From assembly GCA_040954595.2 (NCBI GenBank), contig CM082582.2, positions 8,731,383 through 8,795,382 on the forward strand: a DNA stretch of 64,000 bases, in the 5' to 3' direction. Numbering within the stretch: the first letter of the stretch is position 1; each line of letters begins with the position of its first letter. Below, one piece after another: positions 14,501 to 26,062 of the stretch. This stretch comes from Balanoglossus misakiensis (lineage: Eukaryota; Animalia; Hemichordata). The position numbers were made by a program, and so were the translations under genes. The notes under the pieces were generated by a model, which did no database searches, was not told the DNA's origin, and was given only the letters and a program-made list of their open reading frames with translations.

Positions 14501-16926
14501 TCAGAGTAGATATTTTTTTATATTCTGTTGTAAAATCATGTGTGAGAAAAGGTGTTGATAATGGAAGTTGCTATAACTTTGCAAACTGGACTAAGATCTA
14601 TCTACTAAGATCTATCGACTTGTAAAAGCTTTGACAGTCCTTCATGATGGATGATTCATGGATTCTGATTTGTCCACAGAAAGCACACATGATTATCACA
14701 CAATGATTTCTCAAACAGTCACGCCTAGACCTGTCCCATCACGCACAGAAGATCAATCTTCACCACCTGTCAACTAATAATTCTTCTGTTTTTTTTCGCC
14801 TTTGTTTCTTCTGTAGGACGATTATGACAAAATTAAAAAAGTAGATGTAAGTACACTGTACATTCATTATCTTTTTTTGTGAATTTCTGAACTTTCTGAA
14901 ACTCATCTTCAACACTTGTAATTTAAACCATGACATGGGCACAGTGTTTAAAGAAACTCCAGAATGACTCAGCAATGATGTTCAGGCCCGCATGCATGCA
15001 GGGCCAGGCCTAAGGGGCAATTAATGCCAGGAACATTATTATTTAAAATTAGAACGTTACTATAATTAGCATATTTTTTGTTTTAGCCGAGGGTACTCGT
15101 ACCTGCACGTTACTGTGTTGTTTCCGTTTCTGATGGTAGCACTAAAGAGATATTGACAGTTAGACAAAAGCAACGGATTAGTCACTTTGCCTGGTACTTG
15201 CATTGATGGACCGTGCTGTGGGCATGGGCGGTAGAAAGCATGAGGGTTGTCATGAGTGAAGATTCCATTCTCAAACCACCAGTCATTGTTATGTAATTGT
15301 GTTTGTAATTTCCATATTTAATTAATTTAAAATGAGTTGTTACCGTCAAAAAGTGATAGTCATCAAAGTTCATAAACCATTTACAAAAGTGAAACTAGCG
15401 TTTGCTATTTTTAGTGTTGACCATAGTGAGAATAGATGAATGCTAGAAACAGGTAGTATTGCAAAACACATGGGGAAGTCCCAACACACAGTGAATTGAG
15501 TCATCATTCAGGCTGAAACAGAAACTCACTTTCGGTGACTTCACTTTTTCAAAAACGAAACTTCATCAGTGGTTTTTTCTTTGGTTACAGGTCAGAGGAA
15601 GTGGAGAAGACATAGACTTTGCCAAGAGGAGGTAAGTTTTCTCAGGAATCATTCTCTCCTCCCCCTCCTCCTCCTCTCCCCTGGTGCTCAAACTTTGCCA
15701 TCAAAAGGAAAGTGAAAGTTGGGGCTTATTATATACCTTACCTTGCCTTGTGTTTGTACAATATTTGATGCGTGGACTGAAATAGGAGCGTCTGGGGAAC
15801 TGTGTTTTGTGGTTGATGCATCATTTTCGTTTGATTCTGTCCTGCCTTTGTGTGTGTACCGTAAAATATACAGGCGCTGTTCTTTTTTTATTTCCATCTT
15901 TCATAATAGTAATTGTTGCATCAGTTAGACACAGACGCGAGTAGTTGCTTGACCGACATAGGTAGGACAATCTTGTTGTAATATTCAGAGGTGCTTTTCT
16001 GTCATGATTCACGGAGAATTTCAAATCAGCTGTTGTTAGGCAGCAGCGCTGAAAATGTCTGCGATGTAAATACATGTATCTGTGCCTTGTTGAATATGCA
16101 TGACACTCCTGGTAAAGAGCTCTTGAAATCAAAATAGCCAAGCAAATGCTTAAATGCAGGTACAGACTGTGACAAATATAATTTGGCATGCACCTATTGG
16201 ATTCCTGATATCAATTTCAAATTAAGTGGCCCGGAAAAATGAATACTACAACATTTTCCTATTGCAGTTTGATGAATAAAATAACTTTTCCTTTGAAAAG
16301 GAAAGCACTGTCTGCATTTTTAATCGATACTGCCAAGTCTGCATGTAATTTCCTTTGCGCCAGAAAAATGCATGCACTCCTGGCTAGAAGTACTTACCCA
16401 CAACCTATTGTCTAAGTTTCCCTTCTCCTCTACCAACCAGGCTAACGCAGAGAAAGTAACCTATCTAATCACTGTGCTCTCAAATACTAGTTCAGTTATT
16501 GTTATGCTGTCAAACAATAAAACAACAAAGCAATGCTGAATCAATCTTTTTAAAGTTTAATTTTTTTGCAGTGATTTGTAAAAAAAAATATTTGTCTCCT
16601 TGTTGTAGATACAGTCCTTATTGAGAGTGCGAGTCTGTAGCCAAATAGTCTTAGTTAAAGTAGTTAAGGATAAAGTGTTCCCACCCCTGAACAGATCCCT
16701 CACTCCTTTCATTGAATCCTCTCAGCAATTGTCACCACACAACTTTTTGTTCCCAAGAAAGTGTTAGAAATAAAATCTTGTTTATCTGTTATTAATCCCT
16801 AATTTTCCGTCATTTGTGTTCTGTTGCAGTTCATGGACAGGGTGGGTCATTCCAGCCGTGCTTTCCCTGGGAGTGGCATTATTGTACCGGTACTACACCA
16901 GCGCAGCAAACAGCAGCAGCAACTAA
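11519..16926 (+). CDS. CYB5: Cytochrome b5, tail-anchored (136 aa, 6 exons)
   Basis: Exons 11519-11632, 12967-13003, 13270-13361, 14817-14846, 15591-15631, 16830-16926; all GT-AG and phase-compatible (411 nt). Translation has [25 protein letters not shown] (heme His), [11 protein letters not shown] (second His), IGELHP-DD and a C-terminal anchor [22 protein letters not shown]. Confidence 0.95.
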
Positions 16927-18440
16927 TCCGTCACCGCAGCGCAGTCACATATCATCAAACTCCGAGAAATCTCACCACCAGAAAAAATTTGACCCTGTCG
17001 TCCCCCCCCCCCCCCAGAAGTTCACCTCATCACCAGCAAGAGAAGAAACCAACACTACATCCATGAAGTTCCAAATGTCCCATCATTATACAGCTCTCAT
17101 ACTCGCAATGTAACTCAGCTCAAATTCTGTGTTTCTTGTGCGGTTCATAATCACCCCCTTACTTTCCGGTACATTCCAAGATGTTGCCAAACAAAAACAC
17201 AGTGTGGTGTAAAATCTTGCAACTTGGACACCAAATTAAAAATTCTGCCATCGTGTCTCAGATTTTCTCTGTAATACACAGCAAAGAATGTTTATTACTC
17301 TGATTGTAATCCCCTCCCCTGCATTTCTGACCGCTCTGCTCACCCCTTTATTTAAGTATCTGGGTCCAAACATACCTTTGTAGGCTGTGGGGTCAGAGAA
17401 TTCTCCAGCTGGCAGAGGGAGGTTTTGCCCATTATCACCTCGGTGCATGACTGAGACCATGTGTCAAGTATGTATCCACAGATCTCTGCTCTGTCCTCTA
17501 TTCCTACAATGCATCGAACATGGTCCTAAAACGATATGAAATACCGCAACCAAACCAACATTCCAGCTTTGCCTTGCTTCAACCCCCCTCCCCCCAAGAA
17601 TTTACCAGTAGTTTAATCTTCTTCAAAGAGCTCCTCCAGTTTGGTAGAAAATGCCAAACTGACCGTGCAAGGTTCCACACTCTATCAGGAAACCTTTCCA
17701 TCAAAACCAGTGCCAGCGAGAAATTATGCTTATGCCCTATTCAGCATGTGTTCCCTTTAGTGTCCCTCCCTATAAACCCTACCACCCCCACGGCATTGTA
17801 TATAGGTCCAGCTTCATTGTTAAGAATAAAGGATTAGACCATAGCGTGGGGGTGGAAGGGTTTAAGGTTTGAGTTTTAAAAAGCCCTCCAATATGCATTG
17901 TGTCACTTTATTCATATATATTGTATTTTGACTCCGACGTGGTTTTGTAAGCCAATGCGTTTCAGTTGAAAGAGCAGATATGAAAATGAAACATTTCACG
18001 TGAGAAACTTTCAGTGATGGTAGTGTTTTCATCCTTTCAGTAAGAAAAAAATGGTAGTTTTTTTTCCACTGTAAAACATTTCTCTGGGGTTTGATAACCA
18101 ATTATGACACTATAAATCTTGAAAATGTTATAGATTGTAAATCTATTATAATAGCTCAAGTATGTACGGCGAAAGTATGAATTGGTCTGTAATTCTTCTT
18201 GGGGAAAGGTTCTGATGCTTGATTTGTATTAGAAAATAAATGTAATCTAGCATTTTATATCGGAAAATTAGTCTCCTCGTTTGTATAAGCGAGAAAGAAA
18301 AGTGCTCTTGTTGGGTGTATGATTTGAAAGCCACGCCCTGTTTTGCATAATTTTCTCGTTGCGTAATGCTGTGTACACGTCACATATGGGAGGCAAAGGT
18401 GAAAGGTCATTATTGCCGACACTCAACCTCCGGCTCGATC

Positions 18441-19818
18441 ATGGATGACTGTGAAGAATTGCAGCTGGCCTCAAACCACAAACATTACGACCGTATGTAC
18501 GAAGCATACGAGACGTTGACGGACAGGTTTGAAAAGGTGCAAGGCTACTGTTCCGACACATTCCCCAACATTGTGATCGAGAAGTTTGCGAGAAATCTAC
18601 AGTCTGAAAACCCGGAAGTGTTTCGCTATCTGGGAGTTGGCAGTGGTACAGGTATGTGGCGTGTGTTCGCGCGACTTATAGGCTTACCACTCCTTCGTTC
18701 TACTATTGGGAAGTGACGGTGCTATTCTGTGCCGTGTCCAGGAGTATTATACTTATAAAACACGACTATCTCTTCTGTAACACTGTTGAAGTCCACATAC
18801 TCAATCCGTTCTGGACAATGTCAACAATAATCCCCGCCCGGTCCTATTTTATTACCGTTGTCATTTTGCTGTACACATGATCAAACACACGGACCCCATG
18901 CACATATTTACTAAGAATGCATTGATCGGTCCCTCGCTCCAACAGGTGACTCGGATGTCGTGATTTTAAACCAACTTGCAAAGGAGCTACCCGCAATCGA
19001 AGCGACCATCGTCGAGCCGTCCGCTCACATGATAGCAAACTTCAAAGAGAGAATCGCCGCCAGTGACGGCGCTCTTCAGAATGTGAACTTCACATGGAAT
19101 CAGGCGACCATAGAAGATTATTTGGAAGTTCCCGGCGGACGGGACGTCAAGTTCCATTGCATTTTCTTGTGCGGTGTCATGGCGTACTTTCGAGACATCA
19201 AACAGGTTGTTCGGCACCTCTATTCACTTTTGGCGGAGAATGGAACAGTTCTCATAGTTACAGAAGCAGGTTAGTGAAGGTCTTTGCCGGCAGGTGTACA
19301 GCTTTCTTCAACTTTCATTCGTTCGAATCTGCAGAACTGTTATTGTTGTTGGGTTTTTTTTTGCTGTTCCTCAAGTTTTCCCCTAAAATAAATACCCACT
19401 CAGTCAGTTGTAGAAAATACAGAAACAAATGTTTTTTGTAAATCGCTCCTTGGTTTTATTCGCAGGTAATAAGACAAACATATTTTTCGAATTATGGTAT
19501 CCGGGCAGATTCCCAACCATAGGAGAGACCGTCGCAATACCAGAAGATGTCGTGTCAAGTTTCGAGCAGCTGGGGGCAAAGGTCAAAGTGGACGATTTAG
19601 AATGTACGCTGGATGGCACCTCGGTCTTCGACGAGGATTCTGAGCAGGGAAACTACATGCTGGACTTTTTCAGTGGTCGCGTTCACTGTCGCAAGACTGC
19701 GTCGCCAGAATTCGTGCATCGCGTCATCGATTTCATTTCTAACTCGGGCACGTGTTTTAAGAGAGATGGGAAGGTTTTCCTTAAAAATAACAGAGCTCTC
19801 ATCATTGTTCAAAAGTAG
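18441..19818 (+). CDS. Histamine N-methyltransferase-like class I SAM methyltransferase, copy 1 (295 aa)
   Basis: Exons 18441-18651, 18946-19269, 19466-19818 (888 nt, phase-1 introns). Motif I YLGVGSGTG, post-I IVEPS, NVNFTW, GNYMLDFF, TASP and GKVFLKNN match the HNMT pattern (LSIGGGAG, VVEPS, NVKFAW, GDLLWDFL, TAPP, GKVLFNN). Confidence 0.9.
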
Positions 19819-20022
19819 ATTTGTGCACATGGAAACATTTTACACTAGGATAGTTAAATCGCACATGTCCAAAACCCTTTTAATACATGAGAATATATTA
19901 ACTAGGGCATTGCCAAGTAACGTCATATCTAACCACGCGACCCCCAGATCGAGGCTCTCCAGTGACCAGCCAAATACAATGAGCTGACCCTATAGGCGAC
20001 CTAGATCACATTTAAGCAAAGT

Positions 20023-21658
20023 ATGGCGGCCGACGGAAGCGAACTTGTGCCTTTATCATCGAATTCTGACGAATATAAACGCGGCTTTGCCGTCTACAAA
20101 AGCTCGACAGACAGGGTTGAAAATCTGAACGCCTACTGTCCAGAAATGGCGAAGATCTGTCGTGATAACATGGAGTATTCACCAGAAGTATTTCGTTTTC
20201 TGAGCTTTGGAAGTGGCGACGGTAAGGGGTTGGTTGTGACTGTCCGGGTTTTTATAGCTGTGCTGAATAATAACCCTTTTCATCAGTACAGCCTGGTTGC
20301 AGTAGAGTACACATCGAAAACACATAAAGTGTCATGTTAATCCAGTGACAGGATGGTGGCCCTGGTCTCCGTGCAGATAATGGTTGCTTACCACCTTGAC
20401 CGGGGAAGGGTCAGATACCATACGATACGATAATGAATTGTTATAGGGCATGGTAATGATCCATGAAAAAATGTTGCCATCACACGCAGTTTTCCAAAGT
20501 AACGCATTGTCCCTCGGTTCAATGAAAGTACACACAGTTACAAGACGTAGGCCTAGACATTTTCCCGTTAATGCAATTTCACGACCCGGTAATGTATCCG
20601 TGAAATTAAAAAAAAACTTAATATAATCCATACTGTATGATTACTGTCATGGGTTGATCCAAAGTCGGTGTGCATTAAAGTCCCGGGATTAAAGTATGGG
20701 ACAGGTAAGCCATATGTGTGCTGGTCATTTTTGAACAACAAACATAAAACCACTCCATTCGCATAATTCCAGGCGAGACCGACATGGTGTTGCTGGGGCA
20801 ACTGTCCGAAACATACTCAACTATCGAAGCCACCATTGTCGAGCCGTCACAACCACTTCTGGAGAGCTTCCGCAAGAGGGTCGAGGAACATGATTTGGGC
20901 GGCGGATCGGTGAACTTCCGCTGGGTTCAGAAGACAGCCGAGGAGTTCCTGGCCAGCAAAGATGAAACCACTTTTCACTTCATCTTCATGGCCAACATGC
21001 TCTTGTATGTCGTCGAATATGTGCAAATGGTGCTGGACGTTTACAAGAAACTGGCAGAAAACGGCACATTGATACTGGTAACAGATGCTGCAGGTGTGTG
21101 TTTATTGCCAACGGGCAGTAGTATATTAAACCAACGATAGTACAAGGCAAACATCTCGTGTAATGATAAGCTTCTTAAGACTTGAGTAGATTAGTGAACT
21201 ACATCAATGATGTGTTGTCTTTTAGAAATATGTGCACAACTATATACATTGATCCATCCAGTCTCTTCACTGCTTGACATGTAAGCCGTCGTTATTATTT
21301 TTCTGCAGACGGCTGGTACTCCGTGATCCGCCATCTTGACTGTTTCCCTACGGATTTTGCGGCAGGATACACAACGATATCGACCTCCAAAATCACGGCC
21401 GCTTTTAAGAGTATCCAACCCAAGAGAATCGATATTCGAGTTATGGAATCCTCGATCGAAGTAACGGATATTTTCGACGAGAATTCGGACAGAGGAAATT
21501 CCTTACTGGGTTTCCTGACCCACGCAAGTAATGTTCGCAAAACAGCGCCTCCGAAGGTAGTCGCAGATATCATTCGTTTTATATCGCAGATCTGTACGAA
21601 GAAAGGCGATAAAATATACGTGAACAACAATAGGGAAGTTACTATTATTCAAAATTGA
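20023..21658 (+). CDS. HNMT-like SAM methyltransferase, copy 2 (289 aa)
   Basis: Exons 20023-20221, 20773-21093, 21309-21658 (870 nt). FLSFGSGDG, IVEPS, FIFMANMLLYV, GW, TAPP, KIYVNNN. AATAAA at ~21832. Confidence 0.9.
20345..20623. mobile_element. ~280-bp insertion in intron 1 of methyltransferase copy 2, with a 7-bp target-site duplication
   Basis: TAATCCA at 20338-20344 and 20624-20630 flanks a segment absent from the paralogous intron of copy 3 (single tataatccatactgta near 22366). An A-rich tract lies near its right end. Confidence 0.5.
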
Positions 21659-22052
21659 TGAAAAAATGCATTGAAAATCGACGGCAATAGCACACGCTAA
21701 GATAATGAATACAGATAGGCGATTACAATATAAACTTATTTCAGGGAATATTCACCAGTTAGTTATGGCCAAGGGTTTTATTTATATCATTGAGGCCGAA
21801 AAACACTGGCATATCTTTGATATTTATTTTTAATAAAGTTGGGTTACAAACTTAATGACTCTACTGTACGAACATAATTTTCTGGCTCTTTCCTCCTTGA
21901 TCGCAAAATTGAAAACAAACTGAATCTGAGAGGCGCATGGAAACGCTCGAATGGTGCTATAACCTCGCGACCCCCAGATCGAGGCTCTCCAGTGACCAGC
22001 CAAATACAATGAGCTGACCCTATAGGCGACCTAGATCATATTTAAACAAAGT

Positions 22053-23345
22053 ATGGCGGCCGACGGAAGCGAACTTGTGCCTTTATCATCGAATTCTGAT
22101 GAATATAAACGCGGCTTTGCCGTCTACAAAAGCTCGACAGACAGGGTTGAAAATCTGAACGCCTACTGTCCAGAAATGGCGAAGGTCTGTCGCGATAACA
22201 TGGAGTATTCACCAGAAGTATTTCGTTTTCTGAGCTTTGGAAGTGGCGAAGGTAAGGGGGTCCCTTTGCAAAATGACTCGGGGTTTTTAATTTTTAAAGC
22301 TGTGCTTAATAACCGTTTCAGCAGTACAGTCTGGTTGTAGTATAGTATACTGTTGTAGTGTCAAATTATAATCCATACTGTAAGCTAAATTACTGTTTCA
22401 AACCAATGCTGATACACATAACACTGGAACCAACAATTCCAGGCGAGGCCGACGTGGCGTTGCTGGGGCAACTGTCCGAAACCTACTCGACCATCGAAGC
22501 CACCATTGTCGAGCCGTCACAACCACTTCTGGACAGCTTCCGTAAGAGGGTCGAGGAAAATGGAGATTTTGGCGGCGGGTCGGTGAACTTCCGCTGGGTG
22601 CAGAAGACAGCCGAGGAGTTCCTGGCCTGCAAAGATGAAACCACTTTTCATATCATCTTCATGGCCAACATGCTGGCGTATGTCGTCGATTATGTGGAGG
22701 TGGTGCTAGGCGCTTACAAGAAACTGGCAGAAAACGCCACATTGATACTGGTAACAAATGCCACAGGTGTGTAAGCAGTTTAACCAAACGATAGTACATG
22801 TTCAAGGCAGCGTTGAAGTACATGTAGTATGCTTTTATAGCGTATTAATGTTTGTGGTTAAACACACGTATTTTTGTGTGCTGGAACAACGTGGTTAAAA
22901 CATAAAATACTGAGGTAGACGATGAAGACCGCGCATTCATTCATGCAAAAACTTCAATTCCACAACAGTACTCAATCGTTGTTAATTTTTTGCAGACTCC
23001 TGGTTTCCCATGATCCGCCATCTTGACTGTTTCCCTACGGATTTCGCGACCGGACAAACACCGACATCCACCTCCAAAATCACGGCCGCTTTTAAGAGTA
23101 TCCAACCCAAGAGAATCGATATTCGAGTTGTGGAATCTTCGATTGAAGTAACAGACATTTTCGACGAGAATTCGGATAGAGGAAATTCCTTACTGGGTTT
23201 CCTGGTCCACGCCAGTGATTTTCGCAAAACAGCGCCTCCGAAGTTGGTTGCAGATATCATTAGTTTTATATCACAGATCTGTACTAAGAAATACGATAAA
23301 ATATACGTGAACAACAATAGGGAAGTTACTATTATTCAAAACTGA
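22053..23345 (+). CDS. HNMT-like SAM methyltransferase, copy 3 (290 aa), recent duplicate of copy 2
   Basis: Exons 22053-22251, 22443-22766, 22996-23345 (873 nt). Same motifs and intron phases as copy 2. AATAAA at 23380. Confidence 0.9.
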
Positions 23346-23686
23346 CAAAAACATGCATTTGCAAAATGTAGTATTTTGCCAATAAAGTGAGCAGGTTCGG
23401 AACCCAGATGTCGTAAAAGTATATTTATTTCGTACTGTGTGCATTTGCCTGTACAAGGGCGCCCCCAGGGTTTACCAACGTCATCAATACATCAATTTTA
23501 ATAATAGCCGGTGCGACAGCTTGGAATGCGACTTCGACAAATATTCAAATGACCCCTGGTCTTTGTATTCGAATATGCGGCAGTGGGCAGCCAGTGCACA
23601 CACAACACCGTTGATGGACGCTTCGAATAGAATTTTGTAGATATACAGGACTGTTGCGGGCCGGCCTCTCGACTCCCACCGGACGA

Positions 23687-26062
23687 ATGATGAATTATTG
23701 CGACAAGGTGGCCCTCGTCACGGGAGGTGCGGAAGGGATCGGACGGGGCATCGCAGAGGTCCTCTTAGGCAAAGGAGTGAAGGTATATAGGGCTATCGGT
23801 TATTTTAACCAATATAGACGTCTGTAGCCAGGTTTACAAGGGACGCACTGCTAATTCACGTCACGGCAGAACTGTGCGTGTTATTTATGTGTACTGACCC
23901 GTTGCAGTGCCGGCCTTACGTATACGCCATCTCGGTTCAACGCAAGGGCAGCTGGAGTTAAAGCCCCATAATGCAGTGCGCGACTCCCATGATGTGTTAA
24001 GTGACGATCTAATTAACAAACCGCAGATTGATTCTCCGAGCAAATGTATTGTCACTTTCAACTTCAGGGTGTGTCCATAGTTGACATCAACGGAGAACTT
24101 GGAACATCTACAGAAGCAGAACTGCAATCCTCGAGTGGTCGCGAGAGGGTGCTCTTCATACGGTGTGATGTTACCTCGATCGACCAACTAACAGGTGGGT
24201 GTGTGCGCGAGCATCAATGTGCGATGATGCAGTAACACGCCGCATAAAGCCACTTTAAATTCGATTGCAATTATCTCAATTGGGGACGTGAATGGTGCAC
24301 GGAAAAGTAAATTTCCCTCGTTTCACTCAACAGACGCGTTTCAAAGAACGGTGGATCGTTTTGGAAGGCTTGACGTAGTTTGCAACAACGCCGGCATTGT
24401 GACTGAGTTTGAGTGGGAACGCATGCTGCAAGTTAACTTGGTAAGACCGCCTCGCAAACAACGTCATAACCACTAGCGTTCAGTAAGACGTAATGTATCA
24501 TAAACTCTATCGTCGCTTGAAAAGCAGAACATTGCAGCGTAGATGTGGCCGCAGGGCGTTGCCTTTCTCTGTTAACGTCAGCGTGACGTCATATCTGTTG
24601 AAACTTACTAATTCTTTCGAGTATATGGCTGTGTTCACAAAAACTGGGTGGGGTTCGGCCGGAGGAATTGAGGAATTGAATTTCTTTACCAAATAAAACT
24701 GATGAGATAAATTGAATCTTAGACTAAATCACCGAATCTGCAGCACGCTTATTAAAGTTACTTATTACGCGAATGTTACAAATGCGTAATTATAAAATCC
24801 CTAACAATCAAGTTGCGTGACTAGAGCCAATGCTGGAAACGAAATACTGGCGCTTCATGGCGCTGAGTCAGTGACCCCGATTGTACTTCACTCTCTCCGC
24901 AGAATGCCGTCATCAATGGCACCTACCTGGGAGTGAAACACATGGGGATACAAAATGGCGGCCATGGCGGCGTTGTCATGAACATGTCATCGGTGAACGG
25001 TAAGAAAGTCGATGAAATATCACCTATAAACCTATAACTACTGAGGCAAACGTGAATTTGTGCAATTTTCCTTATTGAGACTGACAAAACAAATTTTATT
25101 TGCCCAGGTCTGAAGCCCAATAAATTCCTTCCAACTTACGTTGCTAGCAAGTATGGGGTCGTCGGATTTTCTAGGAGCGTTGCGGTGAGTACAAAATGAT
25201 GATAAAGAGGAATGCCAAATGTGTATTCTGAAATAATTTAATTAATAGTGGTCACTTAAATGTGGTGTACATGTACAATATGACTTGGTGATGAAAATAT
25301 GCAAAGCATACACGTAACGTAATATTCACAACCCCCCCCCCTCTTCAGGAAGAACCGCTTGTGGTTGAAAATCAAATTCGAGTTGTCACAATTTGCCCGA
25401 TAATGGTGATGACGACGCTGGAGAGAAACGTCGCCTCTACGGGAACCCACTACGGACAATTGATGTCGGAAGAAAAAGCGAAGAGGAGAAATCGCCCAGA
25501 AGCCAGGTAGTGAAACTGCCTCGTCATATATACAGTCAAAACTGCCTATAGCGGCCAGTCAAAGGACTTTCCTGAAATCGTCTTTATATATAGATAGGTA
25601 GCCTTTATAGACAGGGACTGTAACAGAGTCGGCAAGTAGACCAGTTTCTACGATATAGAGTGGCTAATAACACAGGTTCGGTTGCACATGTTTATCCGTC
25701 ACCCTTGTTCTTTTCAAATATTGGCCTTTGTTTTGGACATAGTACTTTCCTCCCGAGACCCAGTTATGGTCAATGGTGTGCAGTATCAAAAGGAAACAAA
25801 TAATTGCGAATTTCGAAAGAGGCCGTGGCGTTACCTTTGGCGGGGTTTTACTATCTGCCTGACGTCGTTTCCCGCTCTTCTCGCTTTCAGCATCGCCGAC
25901 GTAGCGAATGTCGTCATACGATGCATTGAAAACCAGGCGTCCAATGGAAAAGTGTACCTGACTATATCAGGTGGCGGAATGGCAGAAATGCACTTTCCTG
26001 ACGTCAATGCAATCTTGCAGTCCGCAATCGATCAAGTAAACTCGGAACTTCAAGTGTCATAG
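23687..26062 (+). CDS. HPGD: Short-chain dehydrogenase/reductase, 15-hydroxyprostaglandin dehydrogenase (NAD+)-like (277 aa, 7 exons)
   Basis: Exons 23687-23782, 24068-24194, 24334-24440, 24903-24999, 25108-25184, 25349-25506, 25891-26062 (834 nt, phases consistent). KVALVTGGAEGIG (TGxxxGxG), acidic VDIN (NAD preference), CDVT, FGRLDVVCNNAGI, GGVVMNMSS, catalytic YVASK, ICP. The symbol indicates family likeness, not proven orthology. Confidence 0.88.
25533..25684. mobile_element. Degenerate Tc1/mariner-pogo-type MITE in SDR intron 6
   Basis: TA|CAGTCAAAACTGCCTATAGCGGCCA at the left and TGGCTAATAACACAGGTTCGGTTG at the right form decayed inverted termini of the CAGT...ACTG type, ~150 bp apart. 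Confidence 0.4.

Noticed and set aside
18366-18440. Upstream in-frame ATG extending methyltransferase 1
   Set aside because: The ATG at 18441 matches the starts of the paralogs and the HNMT length; the extension has no counterpart.
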